64,000 nucleotides of DNA. Source: Paraspadella gotoi (taxonomy: Eukaryota > Animalia > Chaetognatha). The notes under the pieces are model-generated. The model saw nothing but the letters and a program-made list of their open reading frames with translations, was not told the origin of the DNA and did no database searches. Numbering within the stretch: the first letter of the stretch is position 1; each line of letters starts with the position of its first letter. Both the position numbers and the translations under genes were made by a program. The stretch spans positions 16,690,824 through 16,754,823 of the forward strand of contig CM119270.1 in the NCBI GenBank assembly GCA_051294375.1. Reading direction: 5' to 3'. Shown here piece after piece: positions 11,701 to 22,779 of this stretch.

Positions 11701-14700
11701 GCCACTACTAGAGGAGTCGGATTCGATATGCACCTTATACTAATTAATTCGATATCTCTCAATGTGATGATATGCTCCATCCCTGTCTCGGGTATGATTC
11801 CTTATCTGAATCTGTAAGTTTTCCATTTTCATTCTGCGACAACCAAACGAACGCTTGTCCAAGCACGCGAAAGTATTCTGGCTCCTAACTGACAGATTCA
11901 TAACACATTTGTTTAAAAGAATTTTCATTCGCGATTCTGGCATTGGTGGAAAATTTGTATTCCCTGTGACATCAATACTTCTTAGTCTTTCAGTTTTATT
12001 TTACTACTTATAATCACAGGTTTGTTCTCTCCAGACGTTAAGCCCTAACTGGGCAGTCTGATCGTGTTGAACCAGCACGCTGCATATTACATTGGAATTT
12101 CACTGAACATTATCAAAGAGAAGACTAGCAAGGGTCTGAAAAGAATAACAAGCCCACACTGCGCGTAACAAAGTTAAAGCCGACAACAACTCGACGCTTG
12201 CCTTTCACTTCTTTCTTCTCCTCCCTCTCATCTTCTCTCCTTTCTGACAGTATATTCTATCTAACGTTGGTCCGCCATCAGACAAAATGAGTGTTACTAT
12301 CAAACATACGTTATGTGGTTAATGAGAGAAAACTAGTCAAACATAAAACAGGCGCTTAGAAACTCGTAGAAACGAAATTTCAGACCTGACGATCTGATCG
12401 GTCCATAAACAATGAAACGTTCTTTGGATTTAAAACAGTCGATTCAAACTCAGCGAAAAGTTTCTATAAATGAAAATCTTCCCCAGATCTGTACTAAGAT
12501 TTTAAATAAAATACATTATTTTCGACTGAATGGGACCTGTGAAGGATTAATACTCTCTTAAATCCTTTCTAATAATTCAGTTATGAAACATCCATTTCTG
12601 TAGATGTTCTGTAGAGTATTTCTGTACAGGAGATTCGACTGTTAGGTCTATCGTAGGTCTAGCTAATTAGACCAGTGATTCGATCATGAGACTCGAGCAA
12701 TCCACATCAACGCGACGGACCGGTGTAGACGACGCGAATAGTTCTGCAGTTCTCTTCTCTCTCTTTCTCCTCCCCTCATCATCTTCTCACGGGACTTCGG
12801 CGGTCGCGGTTCAAGTTGTAGGTCCCAGTCCATTTGCGTCCTGTGGGTCTTCGAGATCTTTGCTGCTCTCCATTTTTGAAAATTTATAACTACATTTTCG
12901 ATATAAGTATAGTCCCAATTGTCAATACTACAATTTTATTCTCTCCCCATTCCCTTTCCGTTTTGCGTAAGCACGTCAGGACCAGTAGGCTTAGCAGTTC
13001 CTTTTCACGTTAGAGACCAAGAGCTAGTTATTGATCTAGAAAATACGACAGTACAACAGACGGTGGCAATCAAATACAATTTTCGGCTCGCATTTAACAT
13101 AGTGCATCGGATCGGAGAGGTAAGGGCAGACTATAAATCCTGGCTGGATTGGAACGCATCCTTTCATCATTGGGCTGGTGCATTTGTCTCCTGGCTAATA
13201 GTTAGTGGCATTCTGCTACTCGGGGGGGAATACTCGAGTCGTCGATCCGGTTTGTTTGAGTTTTGAGCTTCTTGCGTAAGACATTAATTTTTTCACTTGA
13301 GCAGAACATAAAAAATTGTAAAGTTTTCAGGGAATATTACCTTTTTTTTCTTTTGTGAAGGTGTACGATGAAGTCCTTGTGGATGCGTGTTTGATACGGT
13401 GTCGTAAAAGTCATATCGTCCATATAAAGAGTTCCACAGTCGCATAATCGGAGCCTTTCCGGATATGCGTCCAACGCTCAATATGTCCCTGACACAAGGC
13501 GATCGTAGCAGAGTCCTTCTATCTTGACGCCGGGTCCATTTTTTTTATCTCGAGGGTTCTACGGGAAGTCGAGAGGAGATTGTTCTTGGTCTGTCAAAGT
13601 TGAATTCGTATTTTTTCGCTGACTCACTCAGGAATCCGGTCCCATGGAGCGGCATGATGACAAGATCCGGCCAAAGGACAATGAGTGTTTGACGTCGGCG
13701 ACTGATCGAGCGCTTGAGAAGTTGGCCGATTTGAACGTTGAGCTTTTGAAGGCAAGTCAACTTGGATTGGGCGACCGATGTTGCAATGTAGCGACGATGG
13801 ACGATGAAGCAGATGGCAAAGGGACTGATGGCGATACCATCGATGTAGTGATCAGCCGCACGCTAACTGAAGCAACCTTTTCCTGAAGACTTTTCGTATT
13901 TCTTGGCGTGATTACAGATTCTCTTCGAGGACAGAATAACCCCTACCTCCCTCATATTATGTCACAATCATCAAATCCTCCCTCAACCACCCTCANNNNN
14001 NNNNNNNNNNNNNNNNNNNNNNNNNNNNNNNNNNNNNNNNNNNNNNNNNNNNNNNNNNNNNNNNNNNNNNNNNNNNNNNNNNNNNNNNNNNNNNNNNNNN
14101 NNNNNNNNNNNNNNNNNNNNNNNNNNNNNNNNNNNNNNNNNNNNNNNNNNNNNNNNNNNNNNNNNNNNNNNNNNNNNNNNNNNNNNNTCGACTCCTGGCA
14201 GCACTTGCCGAAGACCAGCAGGGCCAGCTCGGGGAACTTGGTGATCAGCTGACGCATCGGGCTGCAGCTGCACCGGTCCGAGGTGTACATGGCCGATTGC
14301 CATTCGTCGTCCTNNNNNNNNNNTCGTACTTATAAAATAAATAAATAAATTATTTTTTTTTAGAATATATTTTAGTAATAAAAAAATCGTTGATTAAAAT
14401 AGTAAATCAAACCTTATAGCAAACTATCAATCGGAAAATCAAGCAATCAAATACTAATCATTTAATCAAAATGAATCGATTAACCAATTATTTAATCGTT
14501 ATTCCAATCAATCCTATTCAGAGACATTACTATATCAATTGATGAATGAATCAAATAGATAAATGAAAGAATGGATAAATGTCGAATTTCCCAACTCGCC
14601 TTAACAATGATCTCCACCACATCCCTGTGATTATTCTCTAAAGCGAGAACGAGGCAATTCCTTCCTTGAGCGTCTCTCTCTTTAAAGATCTCTTTGTCTT

Positions 14701-17217
14701 TGCGCATCTTGACTGTGGAGAGGAGAATCTCCACGATGTGGTCGTGTCCGGACTCGCAGGCTAAGAAGAGGGCTTTGGTGGGGACTGGAAACGATTGTGG
14801 ATTGAGGTAAATATTAATGTAGGAAAGATACCGTTCGAATCTCCCTCGCGCTAACCCCAACATTCTAAAATAAGTCTCTTCATTGATAAATGTAACGTTG
14901 AAGTAGCATTTGGAAAACAAATGAGCAGAAAACTTAAGTAAATGACCTTCTTTAGTGACATTTTGTACGCTTTTAGTTTTANNNNNNNNNNNNNNNNNNN
15001 NNNNNNNNNNNNNNNNNNNNNNNNNNNNNNNNNNNNNNNNNNNNNNNNNNNNNNNNNNNNNNNNNNNNNNNNNNNNNNNNNNNNNNNNNNNNNNNNNNNN
15101 NNNNNNNNNNNNNNNNNNNNNNNNNNNNNNNNNNNNNNNNNNNNNNNNNNNNNNNNNNNNNNNNNNNNNNNNNNNNNNNNNNNNNNNNNNNNNNNNNNNN
15201 NNNNNNNNNNNNNNNNNNNNNNNNNNNNNNNNNNNNNNNNNNNNNNNNNNNNNNNNNNNNNNNNNNNNNNNNNNNNNNNNNNNNNNNNNNNNNNNNNNNN
15301 NNNNNNNNNNNNNNNNNNNNNNNNNNNNCCGGAAGTAACTTGCAGGTGGCGCGCGAGTCGAGGACGTAACACTTTTGCGCCAAAAAGAAACCGACGACGC
15401 CGACTTGGTCGTAAAAGGCCGCGGTGTGGAACGGAGTGTCGCCGGCGTCGTTTACCACTTCCATCAGGCTANNNNNNNNNNNNNNNNNNNNNNNNNNNNN
15501 NNNNNTAAAAGGCCGCGGTGTGGAATGGAGTGTCGCCGGCGTCGTTCACCACTTCCATCAGGCTGAGCGGGGTGAGTTTAGGTAAGGTTAAGATATGAGN
15601 NNNNNNNNNTATCATGCCTTTCGCATCTTTTCTCCTCCAAACCTCTTCTCCCGATCCACGAGGCGTTTGACGATGTCCAGGCGACCGTTCCACGCGGCCC
15701 AGTGGAGAGGGGTGTGCCCGTCCAACTTCTTGGTCCACCCGTCGGCGCCGGAGTCAAGCAGCAGCTGCAGCATCTCGGGCGAACCCTCTGCAGCGGCGAA
15801 GTGCAGGGAGGTGCAGCCGAAGTTGTTCTGGTGATTGACCAGCTCGGGCAAAACGGCGACGTCGGCGTGGTTCAACACCTTCTTCAAGACTCCGTAGCAT
15901 CTGGGAAAGCGGAGGAAGATATTTATAATAAATAATATATTATTTACAATAATTTTCAAGTGAAAGGGCACATGACTTTTTATGAAATTGGTACAACCAA
16001 TATAAAAATTATCCATTCATTTAATAAATAAGCTATCTTGCCCCTGACTTTGGACAGGCTTTGGTGGTTTAAGTCCTCCATCATGTTATTTACAATATGA
16101 TTTACCATTTACTCGATACAAAATAATTTAGTATTCAATTGACTCGCGACTACAACTTAACTGAAATGCATCAATTCATTGTTTAAAATAATCAATATGG
16201 AAGGCCATCAGAAGAGTTACATTCTAATTTGCTTCCGTATCTATGACAACGTGAAGGTATTAACCAGTCACAAATCAGCCATCAGACTTTTGTTTCTGAT
16301 TATACAAAAAATTGATAATTCTATAGAAATTCCATAACAAAAAAATTCGACAATAGAGATTAATCTCTTCAATATGCAAATAAGATTAAAACATTTTTAA
16401 ATCAACTTTGTCACCTGGCAACGGCACCGATCATCAAGACGCTGTTTCCAATATCGTCTTGTGACGCTATATTGGAGCCGGCCGCCAATAACGCCTTCAC
16501 CACCGCGGGTCGACTGTGGGCCACCGCTACGCTGAGTGGCGTGTCGCCACATCTGTCCCGAACCTAACGAACATAATAACTAACGGTTCCTTTTTAAATC
16601 AAATGATTAAATTAAAAGGTTATTAGCCTACTTTAGTTCATACTATAATCTCATCTTAAATACTTATCCCGCTCTGGAGTAATCCCAAACCCTTCAGCAC
16701 CTTGACCAATGGTCATCGTGCCAAGTGCTCACCTCCAACTGATTCGGGCATTCCCTGATCAATCTCTTCGTCAACTCGAGATTCCCGACTTCGGCCGCCA
16801 CGTGAAAGATCGTGGATCGATCCGGTCCGAAGGTCTTGGCGCAGACGTCGGGGGCGAGGCTGTCGAGGAGAGCCGTGTGATCCTCCGAGGATTGTGACTT
16901 GGCCAGACGGAGGATCTTCCTGTGCTCCTCCCTCTTATCGTCATCCTTTGACATCGCGACGCCGCACGTCAAGTCTATTGGACCGGTTGGCGGCGTCGGA
17001 CTCGGCGTCACGCTCACCAGCGAGGATTTCGTGCTGGAGCTGGAGAGGCTGTGGACTCCGGAGAAGACTCGACCGCCGCCGCTGGAATCGACGCCGCCGT
17101 CGCCGTAGTGAACGTCGCTGCAGCTGCTCCGCCGCGGCCGTAGGCGACGTCCGCCGCGGACGCAGCGGAAGACGTGGAAGGCGACGCTGACGACGAAGAG
17201 AACGGCGACGGCGATGG
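8534..17217 (-). CDS. TrpA: TRPA-family channel, paralog B (multi-exon; start, S1-S4, S6 and stop are in gaps or missing)
   Basis: Exons 17217-16733, 16563-16415, 15900-15643, ~15469-15329, 14784-14600, 14311-14188, 10131-9859, 9213-9100, 8776-8534. Colinear with and homologous to paralog A (e.g. MKLRDFSYVGVFVSMFVHVLKTF; MTLGELDYG). Confidence 0.92.
8907..9140 (-). repeat. ~95-100 bp tandem repeat (2.4 copies) made from an exon 3' end plus its splice donor
   Basis: ctcaactcattctcaa recurs at 8906, 8999 and 9100; acaatctggc..ttaccccaacctcaccccaat recurs twice. Confidence 0.85.
9100..9213 (-). CDS. TRPA-B exon after the TRP-like helix
   Basis: EWLYFKLWNIDCDDCEGGVLGGHYELKPNRTFENEL|gtgaa; the KPN resembles the TRPA 'YPN' motif. 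Confidence 0.7.
9859..10131 (-). CDS. TRPA-B exon: S5 and pore
   Basis: cccag|VTMKLRDFSYVG...MTLGELDYGNLFNALKQQQLSDK|gtatgc; highly similar to 475-747. Confidence 0.92.
14188..14311 (-). CDS. TRPA-B linker exon
   Basis: ag|DDEWQSAMYTSDRCSCSPMRQLITKFPELALLVFGKCCQES. Confidence 0.88.
14600..14784 (-). CDS. TRPA-B exon with the last two ankyrin repeats (GC donor)
   Basis: ttccag|PTKALFLACESGHDHIVEILL...QGRNCLVLALENNHRDVVEIIVK|gcgagt. Confidence 0.88.
15329..15562 (-). CDS. TRPA-B ankyrin exon (its start appears twice across a gap)
   Basis: LMEVVNDAGDTPFHTAAFYDQVGVVGFFLAQKCYVLDSRATCKLL. Confidence 0.85.
15643..15900 (-). CDS. TRPA-B ankyrin exon
   Basis: cccag|CYGVLKK...NHQNNFGCTSLHFAAAEG...GHTPLHWAAWNGRLDIVKRLVDREK|gtttg. 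Confidence 0.9.
15978..16095 (+). repeat. Dispersed short repeat family copy in a TRPA-B intron
   Basis: Near-identical to 1218-1318. Confidence 0.85.
16415..16563 (-). CDS. TRPA-B ankyrin exon (not in the ORF track)
   Basis: gttag|VRDRCGDTPLSVAVAHSRPAVVKALLAAGSNIASQDDIGNSVLMIGAVA|gtgac; 149 nt, phases fit both neighbouring exons. Confidence 0.9.
16733..17217 (-). CDS. TRPA-B N-terminal exon: hydrophobic helix, Ser/Pro linker, first ankyrin repeat
   Basis: Open frame from the gap: IAVAVLFVVSVAFHVFRCVRGGRR...SLVSVTPSP...STIFHVAAEVGNLELTKRLIRECPNQLE|gtgagc. Confidence 0.87.
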
Positions 17218-17992
17218 NNNNNNNNNNNNNNNNNNNNNNNNNNNNNNNNNNNNNNNNNNNNNNNNNNNNNNNNNNNNNNNNNNNNNNNNNNNNNNNNNNN
17301 NNNNNNNNNNNNNNNNNNNNNNNNNNNNNNNNNNNNNNNNNNNNNNNNNNNNNNNNNNNNNNNNNNNNNNNNNNNNNNNNNNNNNNNNNNNNNNNNNNNN
17401 NNNNNNNNNNNNNNNNNNNNNNNNNNNNNNNNNNNNNNNNNNNNNNNNNNNNNNNNNNNNNNNNNNNNNNNNNNNNTTTTTGCTTTGTGTTTGAAATGCT
17501 ACATTACTGGATTTTTTTGAAGAACGATAAAACTGATTTTGATAAAAATGAAGCATTGGATATAATATGAATTGAGAAAACATTATGTCATTAGTAAAAT
17601 ATTATTCTTAATAATAATGTTAATAATAATATTTTAAGTATGACATTAAAAACGATAACGACTTAAAGCCTTAAAAAGCTAATTTTTCAGTCGGGAATTG
17701 AAATCTNNNNNNNNNNNNNNNNNNNNNNNNNNNNNNNNNNNNNNNNNNNNNNNNNNNNNNNNNNNNNNNNNNNNNNNNNNNNNNNNNNNNNNNNNNNNNN
17801 NNNNNNNNNNNNNNNNNNNNNNNNNNNNNNNNNNNNNNNNNNNNNNNNNNNNNNNNNNNNNNNNNNNNNNNNNNNNNNTGTCGATACTTGCGTTGTAATT
17901 GATATTGTTGTACAATGTACATAGTTTCAAAATAATATAAATAATTTGAGGTTGCTTAAAGGATGANNNNNNNNNNNNNNNNNNNNNNNNNA

Positions 17993-18024
<32 letters not shown>

Positions 18025-19294
18025 GAGAAAATAGAGGCCTGTCCCTTTTAAAAAACCAAAAACCTTAAACTAGAAAAGAGTAAAAGAAATTTCCCGAAGG
18101 TTGGAAAAAAAAAAAGTAAATCTGAACTTAAAAAATTAATTTTGGTCACGTCTTCCTTTCGTCAACGCGAATCGGGTTGGAGGAAAACCGAAGAAAAATT
18201 CATTACCAAGTTTTAGTTAATATTTTTTAAAAATCCAAATTATAAAAACCATGTATGTCGCCCTCGGAGTTTTTCTGCTTCGTTAGAAAATGAGAGAAAA
18301 AAAATGAAATAATTGTATTCAAATCGTAAATGATGAGAATTCGTTTTTTTTTTCTTTCATCTTCGTCTTCTTCTTCGTCTTCGTCGTCGTCGTCGTCGTC
18401 TTCATCTTCGTCGTCGTCGTCGTCGTTGTCGTCCTCATCGATCGAAAATCCTTTTAATCGAAACCCAAATAATAAAAAAAATTAATGAGTTTCGCACGAA
18501 ATTTAATATTTGGATCGAAAGTGCGGAATTCCGTCATGAGAGGCCAAGAGTTCCGAAAGTTGTTGTTGTTGTTGTTGTTGTTGTCGTTCTTCTTTTAGCT
18601 TTTCATTTAAAAATTAGAAAAAGTCATCCTCGTATCTCAATCTCGCAATATCCATAACTCTCTGTCTCTTTCTGACTCTCTCTCTCTCTCCAACTTTCTT
18701 TTTCTCCGTCTAGCAAACGTCGGAAAACGAAAATGGCTTCTCTTCTGAATAACGAGAAAAATGACAAAAAGACAAAAGAAAAGAGGAAAGCAATTTTTAA
18801 CCAAAATCTGAAAATTAAACAAATAATAGTTTTTATATTTTTACCTACTTATGAAGAATTTTTTAAAATGGGATATATACTTTCTTATTCAACTTTTTGT
18901 AGAAGTTCAAATCCGGTTTTTTAAAATTTTAAATTTTTATTTTTTCACTTTAGTTATTTTTTTATTATTTATTAGTAAATATAGCTAAAAAACTATTTAA
19001 TAAATATTAAAATTTGTAAATAAACTTCCAAATTTATTTATTATGGGTCTTTATTTTGATTTATGGGAAGTTCAATATGGCTTTTATAATCTATAGATTT
19101 GAGTTTTCTTATACTTACAATGTTTTGCTCCATTTTAATGACCTTTATTATGCTCGCAAAATCGCCATTTCCGACAATGAAGATGAGACCTATACAAAAA
19201 ATGGTTATCATCAATCGAATTCTACAGGACTATTACACTAAAATAGCTAATGTACCTCACTTGATTTTCTATTTCGTTATTTTTCAACGCCCTA

Positions 19295-19327
19295 GTGTGT
19301 GATCTGTGTGTGTCGCTAATGATCAGT

Positions 19328-19358
<31 letters not shown>

Positions 19359-20001
19359 TCATCTCTCTCTCTTCTCTCTCTCTTCTCTCTCTCTCTTTCT
19401 CTTTCTCTAAGAAAAGGTGCTCTGCAGATTATCGTTTTTGGCCATCATGTTACGTTCGGCGCTCGGTGAATATAATTTACTGAACAAATACCATCTATCA
19501 TGTCGCGCTCATACTTTTTCCTATATTACGAGTACTTAAAATTTGTTCTGAAGTCCGTTACTAAAAAGAAACTACTACGCTATACCGCATAGATTTATCG
19601 CTAGATCACCCTCCGGCCACGCCTACCAAGCCGATGTTCTTTGTGCCAATCAGCATCGATCGTTTCGAGTTATTTTTTCCCCTCGATGAGAAAGCGAGAT
19701 TTCGATTGAACGTCACGGAATCCAAAGTTTTTCAAAACGCTTGAGCCATTTTTTCTCTACGAAAGAAATTCTCTCTATCTTTTTCTTGTCTTCTGCGGAA
19801 GAATGGATTGATTTGTTCATGCAAGTCGACATCCTACCCTCGGCCTTGTCTCGTCGTCCGTCGTCGTCGTGTGTAGTCGTCGGTTTTTTTACGTCTTTTC
19901 TAAAAAAATAAACGCTATTTTCTCGACCCACTATTTCTTTTTTGACAGTTTTCTCTTCTGGCAGAAGAAAAAAATGATCACCCTCGGGGGCCCTACCCTT
20001 T

Positions 20002-20032
<31 letters not shown>

Positions 20033-22272
20033 AGTGAAGAAAAAACAGTTCGCATGCGCTTTGATGTCATAATTGTGTTTTGGCAGATGAGGAAGAGAGA
20101 GAGGAAAGGAGAGCGAGAAGAGAGAGGTGAGAGAGAGAGGAAGAGGAGAGAGGAAGGAGAGATAGGAGAGGAGGAGAGAGGACGAGAGGAGAGTAGAGAT
20201 AGAGAGAGAGGAGGAGGAGAGAGAGAGAGAGATAAGTTAAGAACGAGGACCATAGAGGACAAAAAAGAATAAATGATTAACGGACTTTTGGGAATTAAGA
20301 GTCGGTGTGAAAGAGGTTCAGCATGAAAGAGGAAGATAGCAAAAGAGGAAGAAGAAGAAGCAGCGTTTAAAAAAGATCCATTTGTTCCCACGGATCAAAG
20401 AATCGCGTCGCTGGGAGATCAATCGCCCCAACCGGAAATGGAAGTTGACCTTGGATCAGGTGGGAGGAGTGGGAAGAGAGGGAGAGAGGAGAAGTGAGGA
20501 GGAAGGAGAGAGAGGGAAGGAGAGGGGTGTTAAAATTTTATCATATAGAGAATAACTGGAGAGAAAATAGCGTGATGAGATCTTTGCGAAAGGGAGGAAA
20601 TGCTGAGAAAAAGAACCGGGAGAGTGATTTAGAAGAAAATAGAATTGAAGGCAAAAGGAAGAAAAAATGAGAAAAAGAAAGAAAAATAGGAAAGAGGAAG
20701 GAAAAACATAAAAAAGAAAGAAGAAAGTGGAGAACGCGGTAGGAAGAAATATACGGGAAGGGGGAAAGTTTAAAAGAAAGGATGGAAACAAGAAGAAAAA
20801 GAAAAAAAAGAAAGGAAGAAAGAAACCAAAAGGGGAACGAGGAAAGAAAAGGAGGAAGAAAAGATTAAAAGGAAGAGAAAAAGCGGAGGGAGGAAAGGAA
20901 AAAGGAAAATGGAGAATTAAAAGAATAAAGAAAGAGGAAAGCGGCGGAGGAAAGTATATAGAAATTGGAAGAAGAAAAGAATAAAAAGAAAAGAGGAGAG
21001 CGGACGAAGGAAAAAAAAAGGGAAAATGGAGGAAAAAAAGAATAAAAGGAAAGAGGGGAAACAAGACGAGGAAAAGCAAAGGAAATGGAGGTAAGAAAAG
21101 AAGAGGCGGAAAGAGGAAGCGGACGGAGGAACGGAGAAGAAAATGGAGGTTAAGAAAAGAAGTAGGGGGGAAAAGAGGAAGCGGACGGAGGAAAGGAAAG
21201 GAAAATTGGCAGAAGAAAAGAAGTGAATGCAGGAAAGCGGAGACGGCGGGCAAGGAAAAGGAAAATGGAGGAAGAAAAGAATAAAGGAAAAGAGGAAGCG
21301 GTCACGGAGGAAAGGAGAAGGAAATGGGAAGAAAGAAATAAAGTAAAGAGGAAAGCGGACGGAGGAAAGGAAAAGGAAAATGGAGGAAGAAAATGGAGAG
21401 GATGAATAGAGGAAAGCGGACAGAGGAAAGGAGAAGGAAAATGGCAGAGGAAGAAAAAGAATTAAAAGGAAAAGGGGAAAGCAGACGGGAGGAAAGGAGA
21501 AGGAAATGGAGTTGACCCCTTCGTAGGGTGAATCTCGTTTCATCATTTCCTTGGACGACGGGAGGACGAGCGGATCACGTGACTCGACCGCAAAAAACGC
21601 TGGTTCCGTTGACGGACCGAAGTTGAGAAGCGGAACGAGGGGGAATCGGGAATAGGCGGAGCGGGAAGTTGAGAGCGGTAGGAAGGGAAGCGGAGGAGAA
21701 AGAAGGTGAGGGGACGTTGGGGGGAGCGGAAAGAAGGGGGGTGATGAGATAAGAGAAGAGGGAGTTGGGGGGGGGCTGGGGGCGGTGCAGGGAGTTTTCA
21801 TTTAGTAAACAAATATTTTACCATAGTAGTTGCGGTTTCATAGTGGTATTGTACTGGTATTAGTAATAATAAAGGATTAGTATCATTATGGTAAAAATAA
21901 ATGTTGTTATATCCTTCAAATCATCATTTGTATGTGTTATTTAGAAGCTTTAATGTCATAGTCTGACGTCGTCGTCGTTCGTCGTCAGTCCTCGTTGTCC
22001 TTGTTTCGTCGTAGTCTACTGTTCCCAGTCATTTATCTCTTCACCCATCGTTAATGACGATTTCGCTTTTGTGCTCCACGCCAGAGAGGAGAGAGAGGAG
22101 AAGATGAGAAAGAGAGAGGGAGAGAGTTGTTGAAGCGAAGGCCGCCCGTGTAAAAAGTATTCTCTCTTCTCTCTCCCTCTCTCAAACCGGATTATGTTTC
22201 TCATCTTTTTAGTCGTTTTTTCTGTCATCATTAACATCATAAACATATACGTTATATTGTTCATGTTCATTA
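19295..22272 (+). repeat. ~3 kb segment duplicated directly at 40635-44183 and inverted at 46614-49196
   Basis: Shared unique text, e.g. gaaaagtggctgctgcag...actgacaaataccatc; gatccatttgttcccacggatcaa; cagtcattt..cacccatcgttaatgacgatttcgctttt. Confidence 0.9.
20480..21510 (+). repeat. Degenerate polypurine minisatellite (~58 bp unit); copy at 42420-43420
   Basis: Recurring ggaaaagaggaagcggacggaggaaaggagaaggaaaatggaggaagaaaagaataaa; almost all A/G. Confidence 0.85.
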
Positions 22273-22779
22273 TAACATGTATCGCCATATTACATTTAAC
22301 GACGGTCAATTTACATATATTTCTCATTTACCTGTCGGAATTCCTTTTATTCTCTAACGCCTTTATCGCATTTCCAACGAAACAAATACTTAACGCGCGA
22401 TGCGTCACACAGTTAACCACTTTTCGTTTCTTACCTGTAATTCTAACCCAACACTTACTACTTTCCAATTTGTGGTCTCGGTGGAAACCCACTTTTACCC
22501 GATTCACACCACCCTCACCAGTTCTCCACCCCACCTCTTCACCGCTCACAATTCGCCACCCCCTCGCGCCTTTCCGGTGATTCACAGTCGGGAGTCTCAG
22601 TCTCACGAGCAATTCCGCCTCGTGAACAAATTGCCACGTCGTCGTCGTCGTGTCGTCCGTCTCGTCTTTTCCACGCACGCACCATTGAAAACCAATCGCC
22701 ATTTGAAAACTACACCAATGAAGGACTCGGCCGCTGTAATTGCGTCCAACGATGGAGGGTTTTTCGCTCGCTCGCTGTG

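Noticed and set aside
17014-17583. Ser/Ala/Pro-rich ORF as the TRPA-B N-terminus
   Set aside because: Wrong frame: it stops at 17014, while the frame continuous with the ankyrins encodes the hydrophobic helix.
20456-21801. Long F/S/L/P-rich or R/K/E/G-rich ORFs (also 27427-28245, 42419-43783, 56435-57355)
   Set aside because: They are translations of polypurine/polypyrimidine tracts that lack stop codons, and the frames are not conserved between duplicate copies.
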